Positions 55,757-64,000 of a DNA stretch of 64,000 bases are shown here, in pieces; position 1 is the stretch's first letter; each line of letters opens with the position of its first letter. Location: sequence record LC647030.1; one strand, given 5' to 3'. The stretch is from Staphylococcus phage vB_SsapH-Golestan-100. The notes under the pieces are model-generated. The model was given only the letters and a program-made list of their open reading frames with translations, was not told the origin of the DNA and did not search any database. The position numbers were made by a program, and so were the translations under genes.

Positions 55757-56618
55757 CCTACTAACATCATGGAGACACTTTTTAACACTTATGGAAATAC
55801 CCTTTACCGTAGATGAAAGCTTATCTACAAAAGAGCTAAGCTTAATATACTTAGATAATACAGAAGCTTTAGACTCTGATAAAAAAGTTGCTTTAGCTTT
55901 GAGCTATAATGACAGTAATGAAGTTCTTGTAGAGCTAAAGGACATTATTGATGAAGGATACATTATCTTTCAAGCTTCAGGACTTGCACATCATCTTTTA
56001 GGTACTAATAGGCTTGTAAGCTATCTAAGTACAGAATACTATGAACCTATATTAAAAGAGATAACAAGAAATATGCAGTTATTACAAGTCTCGCATTCTT
56101 TTATGACTTGTTCTAACAAAGAGTGTAACAGTATCTGTATTACTTATGACAACAATGAGGGTGCTAAGTGTCCACGTTGTAGAATAGGTGGTAGATTAGA
56201 GACTACAGAACAATCAAATGTTGTAAACAAACTGATTGATAGCATAGCTACCAGTTTTATCACAGATAATCAAATCAGTAAATTTGCAGACTTACCTGAT
56301 TTAGAGCATGTAATTATTATGTTAGAGCATCAAAGATTATCTCAAGAAGAAGGCTTTATTTTAGATGAGACAAAAAGAACTTACACACCCTCTTTTGAAG
56401 ACATAGCTAAGAATAATTCAATGTCAGTTTCAGAGGTTAGAGACATAACAAAATACCTAGTTAAGCACGAGTACCTCTACAAGTCTAATACAGCGTTGTT
56501 CCGTAAGCAACAGTATTATATCCTAAGAGATAAGTCTTATCCAAGATACAGAGTATCAGAGGCTAAGAAAGCCTTTATGTTATTCTCCTTCAACCCTAAA
56601 TTAAAAAGTTTAAAATAA
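55746..56618 (+). CDS. zinc-ribbon-containing protein (~290 aa)
   Basis: CSNKECNSICITYDNNEGAKCPRC. Confidence 0.55.
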   Translation: MMDSLLTSWRHFLTLMEIPFTVDESLSTKELSLIYLDNTEALDSDKKVALALSYNDSNEVLVELKDIIDEGYIIFQASGLAHHLLGTNRLVSYLSTEYYEPILKEITRNMQLLQVSHSFMTCSNKECNSICITYDNNEGAKCPRCRIGGRLETTEQSNVVNKLIDSIATSFITDNQISKFADLPDLEHVIIMLEHQRLSQEEGFILDETKRTYTPSFEDIAKNNSMSVSEVRDITKYLVKHEYLYKSNTALFRKQQYYILRDKSYPRYRVSEAKKAFMLFSFNPKLKSLK

Positions 56619-56682
56619 TGCTTGACACTAATTCCTCCATGCTGTATACTTTAGATAGTAATTAAATAAGGAGGAATTTTTA

Positions 56683-57462
56683 ATGTTTAAACTACGTAAA
56701 GCAAAGAGAGTTATAGAAGAGATTAGAGACCAAAAAGAATATAAAGTATCTGCAATCATACCCTTGGTTCTTATAAGAAAAAACGTAAGTATCCAAGTTA
56801 CTAATAGAGAAATAGCTACCACACTTGAAAGCTATATAATGAAAGATGATGAAAAGCTACATGAGTTAGCTGAGGTTTTTGCTGAAAGAATACAAAAGGC
56901 TACAGACTTTATTGTAGAAGTAAAAACTATTCCAGGACTATTCTTCAGAAGAAGCGTAATTATAGATGAGTTGGTAGAGGATAAAGATAGCTTCATTGAG
57001 ACGTTCTCATCTTTAGTCTATTCTGAGTTAATCAGAGTGAGACCTATTACTAGGGGGATAGCAGAATCCAGTATTAGCGTAAATGGATTAACACTTAAAG
57101 TACATTTAGATGAGGCTTATTCAACTAGACTAGCCTTAGTTACAAAGGAAAGCAAGGGCGTAAATAACCTCGTAAGCTTGAAAGGAAGCGTAGAGACACC
57201 ACAGCAACTACTCGAAGCTTCTATTGAAACAGAGTACCTGAACCTTATCAAGACTTTAACATATGAAAACTTACGTATTGTCAATTCTAGTTATTCAGGT
57301 GGAGGTTTAGTCAAGTTAACGGTAGGGACTAAGTTAAATCAAGCTGGTGTTAAAAATAGTATCATTCATAATGTCAGAGTTATTTACATTGTAAAAGAAG
57401 ATTTAATCAATATGATGCTAGAAGGAAAATATGAACCTTTAGCTGTAGCTTACAGAAAATAA
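56683..57462 (+). CDS. hypothetical protein, 259 aa
   Basis: TAAGGAGGAATTTTTA RBS. Confidence 0.55.
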   Translation: MFKLRKAKRVIEEIRDQKEYKVSAIIPLVLIRKNVSIQVTNREIATTLESYIMKDDEKLHELAEVFAERIQKATDFIVEVKTIPGLFFRRSVIIDELVEDKDSFIETFSSLVYSELIRVRPITRGIAESSISVNGLTLKVHLDEAYSTRLALVTKESKGVNNLVSLKGSVETPQQLLEASIETEYLNLIKTLTYENLRIVNSSYSGGGLVKLTVGTKLNQAGVKNSIIHNVRVIYIVKEDLINMMLEGKYEPLAVAYRK

Positions 57463-57553
57463 AAAAAAATTACATAAAGTCTTAATTTTTGCTTGACGAG
57501 GTTAAGACTTTATGATATATTATTAGTATACTAAAGAAAAGAGGAAACCAATT

Positions 57554-58045
57554 ATGGAAAATAAGCGATATGACGACAAGTTATTTTATTCAGAGAAGAG
57601 AACAGACCAAGTAACAGCGACAGACAGAAAGCACTACACACAAATGACTACGGAAGAGAAGGAACACTGTGCAAGATTATTACAAGGCTCACTTATTGTT
57701 AGAGAAAGCTTTGTGTTTTCTGCACATGCTAAGGAGAAGATTGGTCAATTTATTGACATGCCGAAGTTGTATAATTCAATAGGAGATTCAAACTTCTTCA
57801 AAGACTTTATTCTTGAGTACTCAACAAAATTCTACCAAGGTGTACCATCATACAAAACACTATTGATAGAATATCCTGAACTAGTTGAGCATAAAGGATT
57901 TTCATGTAGATTGTGTTTAGTAGTTGACGTACAACTAGGTAAGATTGTTACAGCATTCTATAATCAACACGATGACAATCACGCTGAGCTAGACACTTCA
58001 ATCTATGATAGTAGCTTGAGAATACTACCAAAACAATATAAGTAA
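57554..58045 (+). CDS. hypothetical protein, 163 aa
   Basis: AAAGAGGAAACCAATT RBS. Confidence 0.55.
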   Translation: MENKRYDDKLFYSEKRTDQVTATDRKHYTQMTTEEKEHCARLLQGSLIVRESFVFSAHAKEKIGQFIDMPKLYNSIGDSNFFKDFILEYSTKFYQGVPSYKTLLIEYPELVEHKGFSCRLCLVVDVQLGKIVTAFYNQHDDNHAELDTSIYDSSLRILPKQYK

Positions 58046-58102
58046 CAAACTAACCTACACTTACTATATTAGTGATAAACTAAAGAAAGTGTAGGTGTTT
58101 TC

Positions 58103-59005
58103 ATGCGTAAACTATTAAAGTTGTTAGGTGTGGTAGTTCTGTGTGCTCCGTTACTAGCTTCTTGTAGCTGGGAAGATAGTAGTGTGAAAAGAGGTATCGA
58201 CTCTTTTACAGGTCATACACAACAGAACTTCTCTCAACAAGATACTAACTATATCAATACGCTTAATCATGCTATAAATGAATCTAAGGTAGAAGATTTA
58301 GAGAGTGTCGTAAATGATACAGACCAAATACATGAGTATGGTAAGAGGCTAGCTAAAGCTGAGAAAGAAATACATAATGCTACAGAAACTTATAAGGATT
58401 CTATAGACTATAAAGCGTTGGACAATGAGAACCAAAACCTATATCGTATATTAGTCAATACAGGAGAAATTTATGAGTTAACAGCTAAGAATCTCAGTGC
58501 TATTGCATCAGCTCCAAATATAACAAAGGACACTTTTGTAAAGCATGTAATGAATCAGCTAGTAGTTACCTATTCTTTATTAGGGAATCAGTATAACAGT
58601 TTTGTTAACTTGTCTGATGAAACAAAGAAAAAAGCTTTAAATGTTAGTGAACAGAATAAAGTATTGGATTTAACCTATGAGTATGATGGTGACACTGAAA
58701 AGTTAGCTTACTCTGTAGGAGAAGAAGTGAAGAAAGGAAACACATTGAGTAGTGAAGATGGTAGTCATACTCCTGAATTTGATAGAGAAACTATAGATAA
58801 ATATAGACCTGTTGGAAGTACGATAAAAACTAAAGCAGGGACGTACAACAAAATGATTAGAAAGTACAATAAAGAAGTAGACAGTGACATGCAATTAAAA
58901 GAGACTACAGAACCTGTATCTAGATACACTTATAATCTACTAGTAACTAAATATAATGGTGTCATTGCCTCATTTAATGACAAGAAGAAGAAAGAAGCTA
59001 AATAA
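58103..59005 (+). CDS. lipoprotein, 300 aa
   Basis: Signal peptide with lipobox LLASC (MRKLLKLLGVVVLCAPLLASC). Confidence 0.65.
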   Translation: MRKLLKLLGVVVLCAPLLASCSWEDSSVKRGIDSFTGHTQQNFSQQDTNYINTLNHAINESKVEDLESVVNDTDQIHEYGKRLAKAEKEIHNATETYKDSIDYKALDNENQNLYRILVNTGEIYELTAKNLSAIASAPNITKDTFVKHVMNQLVVTYSLLGNQYNSFVNLSDETKKKALNVSEQNKVLDLTYEYDGDTEKLAYSVGEEVKKGNTLSSEDGSHTPEFDRETIDKYRPVGSTIKTKAGTYNKMIRKYNKEVDSDMQLKETTEPVSRYTYNLLVTKYNGVIASFNDKKKKEAK

Positions 59006-59021
59006 CTAGCTTCTTTTTTTA
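58994..59021 (+). terminator. rho-independent terminator
   Basis: gaagcta-aataac-tagcttc followed by T7. Confidence 0.65.
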
Positions 59022-59093
59022 TTGACTTTTAGTGTTATATGCTGTACCATTATAGATGTAGTAAAGATAACAAAAAAAAGTTTAGAAAGTTAT

Positions 59094-59122
59094 TGACTTA
59101 CAAAAACTTCTATGTTATACTT
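59094..59122 (+). promoter_or_regulatory. consensus promoter (TTGACT-17-TATACT) pointing into the 3' end of the convergent minus-strand operon
   Basis: TTGACT 59094-59099, TATACT 59117-59122; no plus-strand ORF follows. Confidence 0.45.
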
Positions 59123-59130
59123 TATTTAAC

Positions 59131-59147
59131 AAAAAAAAATTTTTTTT
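59131..59147. repeat. A9T8 palindrome at a convergent gene junction
   Basis: aaaaaaaaatttttttt. Confidence 0.4.
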
Positions 59148-59424
59148 ATTCTTCTTCTGTTACATGGATATAAGGTTTTTTAGATAACGGTGGGACAAAG
59201 GTATGGGTATAAGTACTAATCTCTTCATGTAGTTTATTTGCACTATAAGCTGTACCATTTAAAAGTGTTACAGTGTTATTATAGTCTTGAAGTAACCCCT
59301 CTATGTCTTCTCGTATGCCAATAAGTTCTGATTCACACTGTCTATGAGTATGCTTATACTCATCTCTTTCTTCCTTGAGTTGTGCTACTTTATCATTTAG
59401 TTTTTGTACAAGTTCTTCTTTCAT
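59146..59424 (-). CDS. hypothetical protein, 92 aa
   Basis: GAGGAGAGAAAATAATG. Confidence 0.55.
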   Translation of the reverse strand: MKEELVQKLNDKVAQLKEERDEYKHTHRQCESELIGIREDIEGLLQDYNNTVTLLNGTAYSANKLHEEISTYTHTFVPPLSKKPYIHVTEEE

Positions 59425-59987
59425 TATTTTCTCTCCTCTACAATGACTTCAGATACTTCTGCATTGTTACAAAGCGTTGCAATAACTTTAACTGTGTCTA
59501 GTGTTACAGGATTGGCTTTTGTACCTACTACATTAGGTTCACTCAAGTTGAATGATACATCAGCTGTTAGGTAAACTTGACCTTCCTTAATTGTAAAAGA
59601 TATTACTTTAGCTGATTCTTTTGTAGGAATACTGAACACCACATAAGTTTTTACTCCATTTGCTAGGGTTAATACTGTATAGTTCTTGTCTGCTACCTCA
59701 TCTAATACTGCTTTTAACTGTTCATCTGTTACGTTACTCATTTCTTTTTCCTCCTCTTTAATTTTTGAAACTTGGTTCTTGAGTTCGATAAAGAATTCAA
59801 TATTAGAAACCTCTTTACCTTTATAGAGATACTCTAGCTCTTCATTAGTTGTGTTAATAAGAAAATCTCCTTTAAAAGTGCTACCTTCAATCACTTCATA
59901 CTCTACTGATTCAATAGGGTTTAACTCTTGGAGTAGACTACCTATTAACTTACTACTAGCTACTACACCCACTGTTACTTTACTCAT
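59424..59987 (-). CDS. hypothetical protein, 187 aa
   Basis: AGAGGAGGAAAATTAATG. Confidence 0.55.
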   Translation of the reverse strand: MSKVTVGVVASSKLIGSLLQELNPIESVEYEVIEGSTFKGDFLINTTNEELEYLYKGKEVSNIEFFIELKNQVSKIKEEEKEMSNVTDEQLKAVLDEVADKNYTVLTLANGVKTYVVFSIPTKESAKVISFTIKEGQVYLTADVSFNLSEPNVVGTKANPVTLDTVKVIATLCNNAEVSEVIVEERK

Positions 59988-60325
59988 TAATTTTCCTCCT
60001 CTGTATTAATCAAACTTAACTTCTTCTTGAAGTCATCTATGTCTAACTTAGTTGTATCATAACTAATGATAACATCTATTGTTGTATAAGTCAAGCCATT
60101 TACTTGTGTCTTAGTTGGTTCTAGCTTTACCTCAATAGGTAAGCTCTCATCCTTATGCATCTTACCCATCAGTTTAATAAACTGCTTAGCCTTTTGATTG
60201 GAGTCAAAGACTTCTTTAGGGATAGGGATAAGTGTTGAGTTATTGGCTAGAATGTCTGTCTTGTTATACGTTGCTTCCACTTGTTTAAGTAAAGCTTTAG
60301 CAAACGGGTTATTAATTGTTGTCAT
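59987..60325 (-). CDS. hypothetical protein, 112 aa (TAATG-coupled to the upstream gene)
   Basis: ORF. Confidence 0.55.
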   Translation of the reverse strand: MTTINNPFAKALLKQVEATYNKTDILANNSTLIPIPKEVFDSNQKAKQFIKLMGKMHKDESLPIEVKLEPTKTQVNGLTYTTIDVIISYDTTKLDIDDFKKKLSLINTEEEN

Positions 60326-60612
60326 TATTTACCAAAACGCTCCTTAGCTAGTTTAGACATCTCTTCTTTTCTCTCCTTAGATACAGGTTTACGGAAAGAA
60401 ACTAAATCCTCATTCAATACGACTCTGACAAATACAGGTGTGCCACTACTGTACTGCTCCACAATTTCCGCTTCAGGGTATTGCTTTAATAGCTTAGTCA
60501 TATGTTTCCTTACTGAGCTCTCAATTACCCAAGACTTCAATTCATGGTCATACACACATAGTGTTTCCTGCTCCTCTCTTGGATAACCTGAGTCATTAAT
60601 GATTGGTGCCAT
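60325..60612 (-). CDS. hypothetical protein, 95 aa
   Basis: ATTAGGAGGTTAAAACTATG. Confidence 0.55.
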   Translation of the reverse strand: MAPIINDSGYPREEQETLCVYDHELKSWVIESSVRKHMTKLLKQYPEAEIVEQYSSGTPVFVRVVLNEDLVSFRKPVSKERKEEMSKLAKERFGK

Positions 60613-60745
60613 AGTTTTAACCTCCTAATTTCAATTCTAGCTTCCACAGAAGCCTAGCTCTCTTGACCCTCTATAACTTAAGCATAGATTAGGAACAATT
60701 TATCATGAAGCGGTTATTGTTCTAGAGAGCTAAGTTCCTCTTTAG

Positions 60746-60970
60746 TTATGAAGCTACTTTGATTTCCGCTTCTGTGATGTCTAGACTATTAATGTCTTGA
60801 ATGTGTAGCTGTCCTTTATCATCTAACTCTTCCAAGACCTCATTCTTGTAATCAATCGTGTAGACCTTACTGCTGTTCTCTGCTACAAAGAAACCTTCCT
60901 CTGTATTGTCTGTAACTGTGTAACCCTTTGCTTCTAATTCTTTCTTAACTCTTGTAAAAAATGGTAACAT
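60746..60970 (-). CDS. hypothetical protein, 74 aa
   Basis: AATTAGGAGGAATAAATTATG. Confidence 0.55.
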   Translation of the reverse strand: MLPFFTRVKKELEAKGYTVTDNTEEGFFVAENSSKVYTIDYKNEVLEELDDKGQLHIQDINSLDITEAEIKVAS

Positions 60971-61033
60971 AATTTATTCCTCCTAATTTGTTTGTAATAA
61001 TAGTGTACTATAGTTCTAATTGAATGTCAAGCA

Positions 61034-61318
61034 TTATTCTGTAATTCTTTTTTTCTGACTGATAATAATTTGTAATGCGTTTCTGAAGCTAGCAATGAAA
61101 CTAAAGTCTTCCTCAGCCATCTTATCCATGATAGGGGTAGTAAAGATTTGTACAAGGTTCTTATCCATCTTTAAGATAACTTCTCCTTTATAGTAAACCT
61201 CTCCTGAATCTGTTTGAGTAACCTCTGTAATACTATCTACTTTTGATATTACATAGAAGTGGAAAGCATTTAATAAATCTACCTCTGAAAAATCTAAAGC
61301 TTTGTATTTTGTATCCAT
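61034..61318 (-). CDS. hypothetical protein, 94 aa
   Basis: AGAGAGGAGAATAATTATG. Confidence 0.55.
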   Translation of the reverse strand: MDTKYKALDFSEVDLLNAFHFYVISKVDSITEVTQTDSGEVYYKGEVILKMDKNLVQIFTTPIMDKMAEEDFSFIASFRNALQIIISQKKRITE

Positions 61319-61319
61319 A

Positions 61320-61939
61320 ATTATTCTCCTCTCTTATATCTGTAAACTAAGTATATCATCTATCCTGAACAGAGTCAACTATTATTTTTATGTTGTACAC
61401 AAAGTATTATGACACATTTAAGAATTTATTAACCTTTATTAGTAACTATAGTTATATAACTATTAAAGAACTATAATACTACTATAATTATAGTTATATA
61501 TAAACATCGTTAAAATCCTAAATACGTCATTATGTATTGTAGTCAATATATCTATAGTAGTAGTCCATGAAATTGCAAAAGATAAAAAGAAATCATCAAG
61601 CTGTGTTATACTGTATTTAACAGTTAAGACCTCCTAACTTAACTGTTAACTAATTGAGTGGTACTGAATAGAAAGCCCTAGCAACTATCCTAAAAAACTA
61701 ACTCTATAATTTCATAACTAAACTCCTTAAATACTCAACTGTTATTTAGTTCCTCCTTTAACTCTATAACAATCTAATAAATATCGACTAGGGCTAAGTA
61801 AGTATCACTTTCTATTTTAGGTAAGCCACCCCTGGTAGTACCCCTACCTTTTCAGTTTCCAAAATTTCAAATCAATTTTTCAAAACACTTTTTCAACCGC
61901 TTCATGAATTACTGATATTAATACAAGGGGGAATTTAGT
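61320..61939. repeat. 620-bp AT-rich noncoding region with perfect palindromes and short direct repeats
   Basis: tagttatataacta (perfect palindrome), tataattata, aacagttaag-N9-cttaactgtt hairpin, repeated tatagttatata. Confidence 0.3.
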
Positions 61940-62503
61940 ATGATAATCAAATGTGTAGATGATAATGAAACATGGGTAAAGATAAACTATATCAATAGTA
62001 AAAGACCTGACAAGATATACTTAATATCTGACTTAGGTAGGTTAATGGAATATGACCCACAGAAAGAACCTAAACCATTTACTGTAAAAGTTGATACAGC
62101 TAAAAATATAGGGCTTATTAATAAGGACGGGTATAAAGAGTATTCAATAGGTGGTAAGATGTTTAAGGTACATCGCTTAGTAGCTACCTACTTCATAGAG
62201 GACAACTTATACTCTGCCTTACAGGTTCACCATATTAATGGAGTTCCTGATGATAATAGAGCTGTGAATCTACAGTGGGTTACAGCACAAGAGCATGTAG
62301 CTATAGAGATGGCTGAAGGGAAGCGGAAAAGCATACTAGAACTAAGCCCTCATCAACGTAAGTATAGCTGGAAAGACATATGTGCTATGCGATTCCTTCA
62401 TGAAGGTCAAGGTTGGTCTATGAACCAAATAGCTGGACTGTACGATATGCCTTACGGTTCTATGAAGCAAATACTTCAATATAAATCTTACAAGAGACCT
62501 TAA
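61940..62503 (+). CDS. HNH homing endonuclease (free-standing)
   Basis: HHINGVPDDNRAVNLQWVTAQEH (HNH motif); AAGGGGGAATTTAGT RBS. Confidence 0.8.
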   Translation: MIIKCVDDNETWVKINYINSKRPDKIYLISDLGRLMEYDPQKEPKPFTVKVDTAKNIGLINKDGYKEYSIGGKMFKVHRLVATYFIEDNLYSALQVHHINGVPDDNRAVNLQWVTAQEHVAIEMAEGKRKSILELSPHQRKYSWKDICAMRFLHEGQGWSMNQIAGLYDMPYGSMKQILQYKSYKRP

Positions 62504-62534
62504 TGGTCTCTTTTTCTGTATAAATGGAATCCTT

Positions 62535-62582
62535 CTAAGTAGCTATGGACGATTTTGTCTAAGTAGCTGTGGACAAAATTGC
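62535..62582. repeat. tandem 24-bp direct repeat
   Basis: ctaagtagctatggacgattttgt / ctaagtagctgtggacaaaattg. Confidence 0.45.
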
Positions 62583-62599
62583 CCTAAAAAAAATTAAAT

Positions 62600-62617
62600 A
62601 AAAAAAAATTTTTTTTT
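62600..62617. repeat. A9T9 palindrome (bidirectional terminator candidate)
   Basis: aaaaaaaaattttttttt at a convergent junction; overlaps the stop of the 28-aa peptide gene. Confidence 0.4.
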
Positions 62618-62702
62618 AAAACCAGTAAGGCCAAAATAAATAAGTTAGTGCTGAAGCGGTTCCCAGCATTGACCATCCAATAATTTTAAAATTCTTTTTC
62701 AC
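62616..62702 (-). CDS. 28-aa hydrophobic peptide (GTG start; not in the ORF track)
   Basis: AAAGGAGGAcacacaGTG; MKKNFKIIGWSMLGTASALTYLFWPYWF. Confidence 0.4.
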   Translation of the reverse strand: MKKNFKIIGWSMLGTASALTYLFWPYWF

Positions 62703-62734
62703 TGTGTGTCCTCCTTTCCAGTTGCTGAAGTAAG

Positions 62735-62839
62735 TTATTTTTTCTTGCTTGGTTTCTTGCTTGCTTTCTTTTTTGGGTATCCTACAGGTGGCATGAATTT
62801 ATTTGCCATTCTCTGCATTGCTTTTGTTTCCTCTCTCAT
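62735..62839 (-). CDS. 34-aa lysine-rich peptide (not in the ORF track)
   Basis: AATTAGGAGGtgcagagATG; MREETKAMQRMANKFMPPVGYPKKKASKKPSKKK. Confidence 0.4.
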   Translation of the reverse strand: MREETKAMQRMANKFMPPVGYPKKKASKKPSKKK

Positions 62840-62892
62840 CTCTGCACCTCCTAATTTCAATTTTAAGGGCTCTTTTGGAGCCCCTGCACCTT

Positions 62893-63111
62893 TTACATGT
62901 GTTTCATAGCGTGCGCCATGAGTTGCTCACGTGTGAGCTTCTCGAAGCCTTCATATGTCATTCTTGCAACCGTTGGGTCTGTTTGGTTCAAGAATTCGTA
63001 AACTTCCTTAACTGGGACAAGTCTGTCATGCTTTGCTAAGTACTTAGCAACCTTTCTTTCTACGTGCTGTGCTGTGCTTTCCCCTTTATCGAAGTTCATT
63101 GTTGGTTTCAT
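62893..63111 (-). CDS. hypothetical protein, 72 aa, in a GC-richer segment
   Basis: Preceded by the conserved gagc-ccagga-gctc 5'UTR hairpin and GGATATGAGAACATG start context; followed by gggctc-caaaa-gagccc hairpin. Confidence 0.6.
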   Translation of the reverse strand: MKPTMNFDKGESTAQHVERKVAKYLAKHDRLVPVKEVYEFLNQTDPTVARMTYEGFEKLTREQLMAHAMKHM

Positions 63112-63120
63112 GTTCTCATA

Positions 63121-63150
63121 TCCTTTCGAGCTCCTGGGCTCTTGTTTTTT
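63121..63150 (-). promoter_or_regulatory. fourth copy of the conserved 5'UTR hairpin/RBS element (promoter part diverged)
   Basis: aacaagagcccaggagctcgaaaggatatgagaacATG matches copies a-c at 43.6, 44.9 and 45.2 kb. Confidence 0.4.
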
Positions 63151-63604
63151 GTGTTGCTGTTCTTGACACTCTTAATACTAAAGCATTAGCAACCATATTG
63201 CAAGCATTAATTTTGATTATTTCATCAAAAAGCCCCCAAACCCTTGTGGCTCTAAGGAAAAAAGTTTTTAAATAAATTACTGCAAGCTAGTTTCTACCAT
63301 ATAAAGGGAATAAAAAGGATTTACCCCCAGCAAGAAGAAAGCACGGTTTAAAATCGCAGTTAGTGAGTGCTGGGGCAAATGATAAACAAAAAACATACTA
63401 AATAGTAGCAAAGTCGATCGACTTCTAAAATTTAAAAATCGCATTCTCTAGATCATTCGCACCCACCTTCAAAATTTGCCCTTATATAGAAGGAAAAAGT
63501 TTTTTAAACAAATTTGAGTATATGGGTTGTATTATGGTTCGATTTGTTATATATTAGAACCAAGCCAAATAAGGCAACCAAAAAACCTAAAGGAGTTTTT
63601 CATT

Positions 63605-63952
63605 ATGACAAACCAAACACTAAACAACATTAACCAAATGCCAGCATGGGACTTACAAGATATTCTAAACTATGCAAAGCAACAAATGATTGAGAATGAC
63701 ATAATCTTTCAAGATGTAACTTTAAACAACTACCAGCTACAAGAGGAGGACGGCACGGAATACTTCGAGCTTTACACTAGCACCGTAGCAATTGACACAG
63801 AGACAACTCTCGAAGAGTTTAGAAGCCAAGTTATCGAAGCTGAGGAATTAGCAGAGACTTTCAAAGGAGCGTTGGCGCTCCTGCAACGCTCAATCAATGA
63901 GCACATGAAAGAAAAATATTTTGAATATGATTACATCACAAATTTACTCTAA
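63605..63952 (+). CDS. hypothetical acidic protein (~115 aa; start at MTNQTLN)
   Basis: AAAGGAG 9 nt before the ATG; the track ORF begins at 63527 without an RBS. Confidence 0.55.
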   Translation: MTNQTLNNINQMPAWDLQDILNYAKQQMIENDIIFQDVTLNNYQLQEEDGTEYFELYTSTVAIDTETTLEEFRSQVIEAEELAETFKGALALLQRSINEHMKEKYFEYDYITNLL

Positions 63953-64000
63953 GGAGTGCAGGAGCCCCCAGGGGCTTCTCTCTCTTTTTTCTTTTTTTTT

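Noticed and set aside
62706-63039. Plus-strand ORFs 62706..62909 and 62803..63039
   Set aside because: They are antisense to the minus-strand mini-operon, which has consensus RBSs and the conserved early 5'UTR. Neither has an RBS.
1-64000. tRNA, rRNA and CRISPR arrays
   Set aside because: I scanned intergenic regions for GTTCRANYC T-loop-like motifs with matching acceptor stems and for regularly spaced direct repeats. None were found. The repeats present are tandem or palindromic, not spacer-interleaved.

Overview
This window is an AT-rich (about 30-33% GC by eye) stretch of a large virulent Firmicutes phage genome. It most likely comes from a Staphylococcus-infecting Twort-like (Herelleviridae) myovirus. 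The host clue is an IsaA/SceD-like transglycosylase gene whose N-terminal domain closely matches the staphylococcal IsaA N-terminus as I recall it.

Gene layout, in order along the window:
- 1-11.4 kb, plus strand: DNA-replication and Ig-like module. It holds the C-terminal portion of a family-A DNA polymerase, a Gln/Pro-rich acidic-tailed protein, a RecA/UvsX-like recombinase, a sigma-factor-like protein and Big_2/FN3-like decoration proteins.
- 11.5-11.85 kb: a CT-rich, iteron-like noncoding region.
- 11.85-26.5 kb, minus strand: an early-type block of mostly small genes. It includes a GIY-YIG endonuclease, a beta-helix/collagen-like adhesin-like protein, an MBL-fold hydrolase and PhoH.
- 26.9-41.9 kb, plus strand: PPP-family Ser/Thr phosphatase, XRE HTH, RNase H, a ThyA-family enzyme with Val replacing the His of the PCH motif, dNMP kinase, the frameshifted IsaA-like gene, a tandem YopX protein and many small ORFs.
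- 42.0-45.3 kb, minus strand: a visibly GC-richer cassette. It encodes a 371-aa hyper-acidic protein (DNA-mimic candidate) and small proteins, each driven by a repeated promoter/5'UTR-hairpin element. An odd G-tract repeat region flanks it.
- 45.3-59 kb, plus strand: pentapeptide-repeat protein, calcineurin-like metallophosphoesterase, a PD-(D/E)xK-like protein, a lipoprotein and many unknowns.
- 59-61.3 kb, minus strand: small genes.
- 61.9-62.5 kb: a free-standing HNH endonuclease.
- 62.6-63.1 kb, minus strand: a mini-operon of tiny peptides.

Regulatory architecture is visible throughout. There are many near-consensus TTGACA-17-TATAAT promoters, intrinsic terminators, two composite terminator-promoter hairpins, long T homopolymers abutting -35 boxes, and A9T9 palindromes at convergent junctions.

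I found no rRNA, tRNA or CRISPR array. All calls come from reading the sequence and ORF track without database searches.
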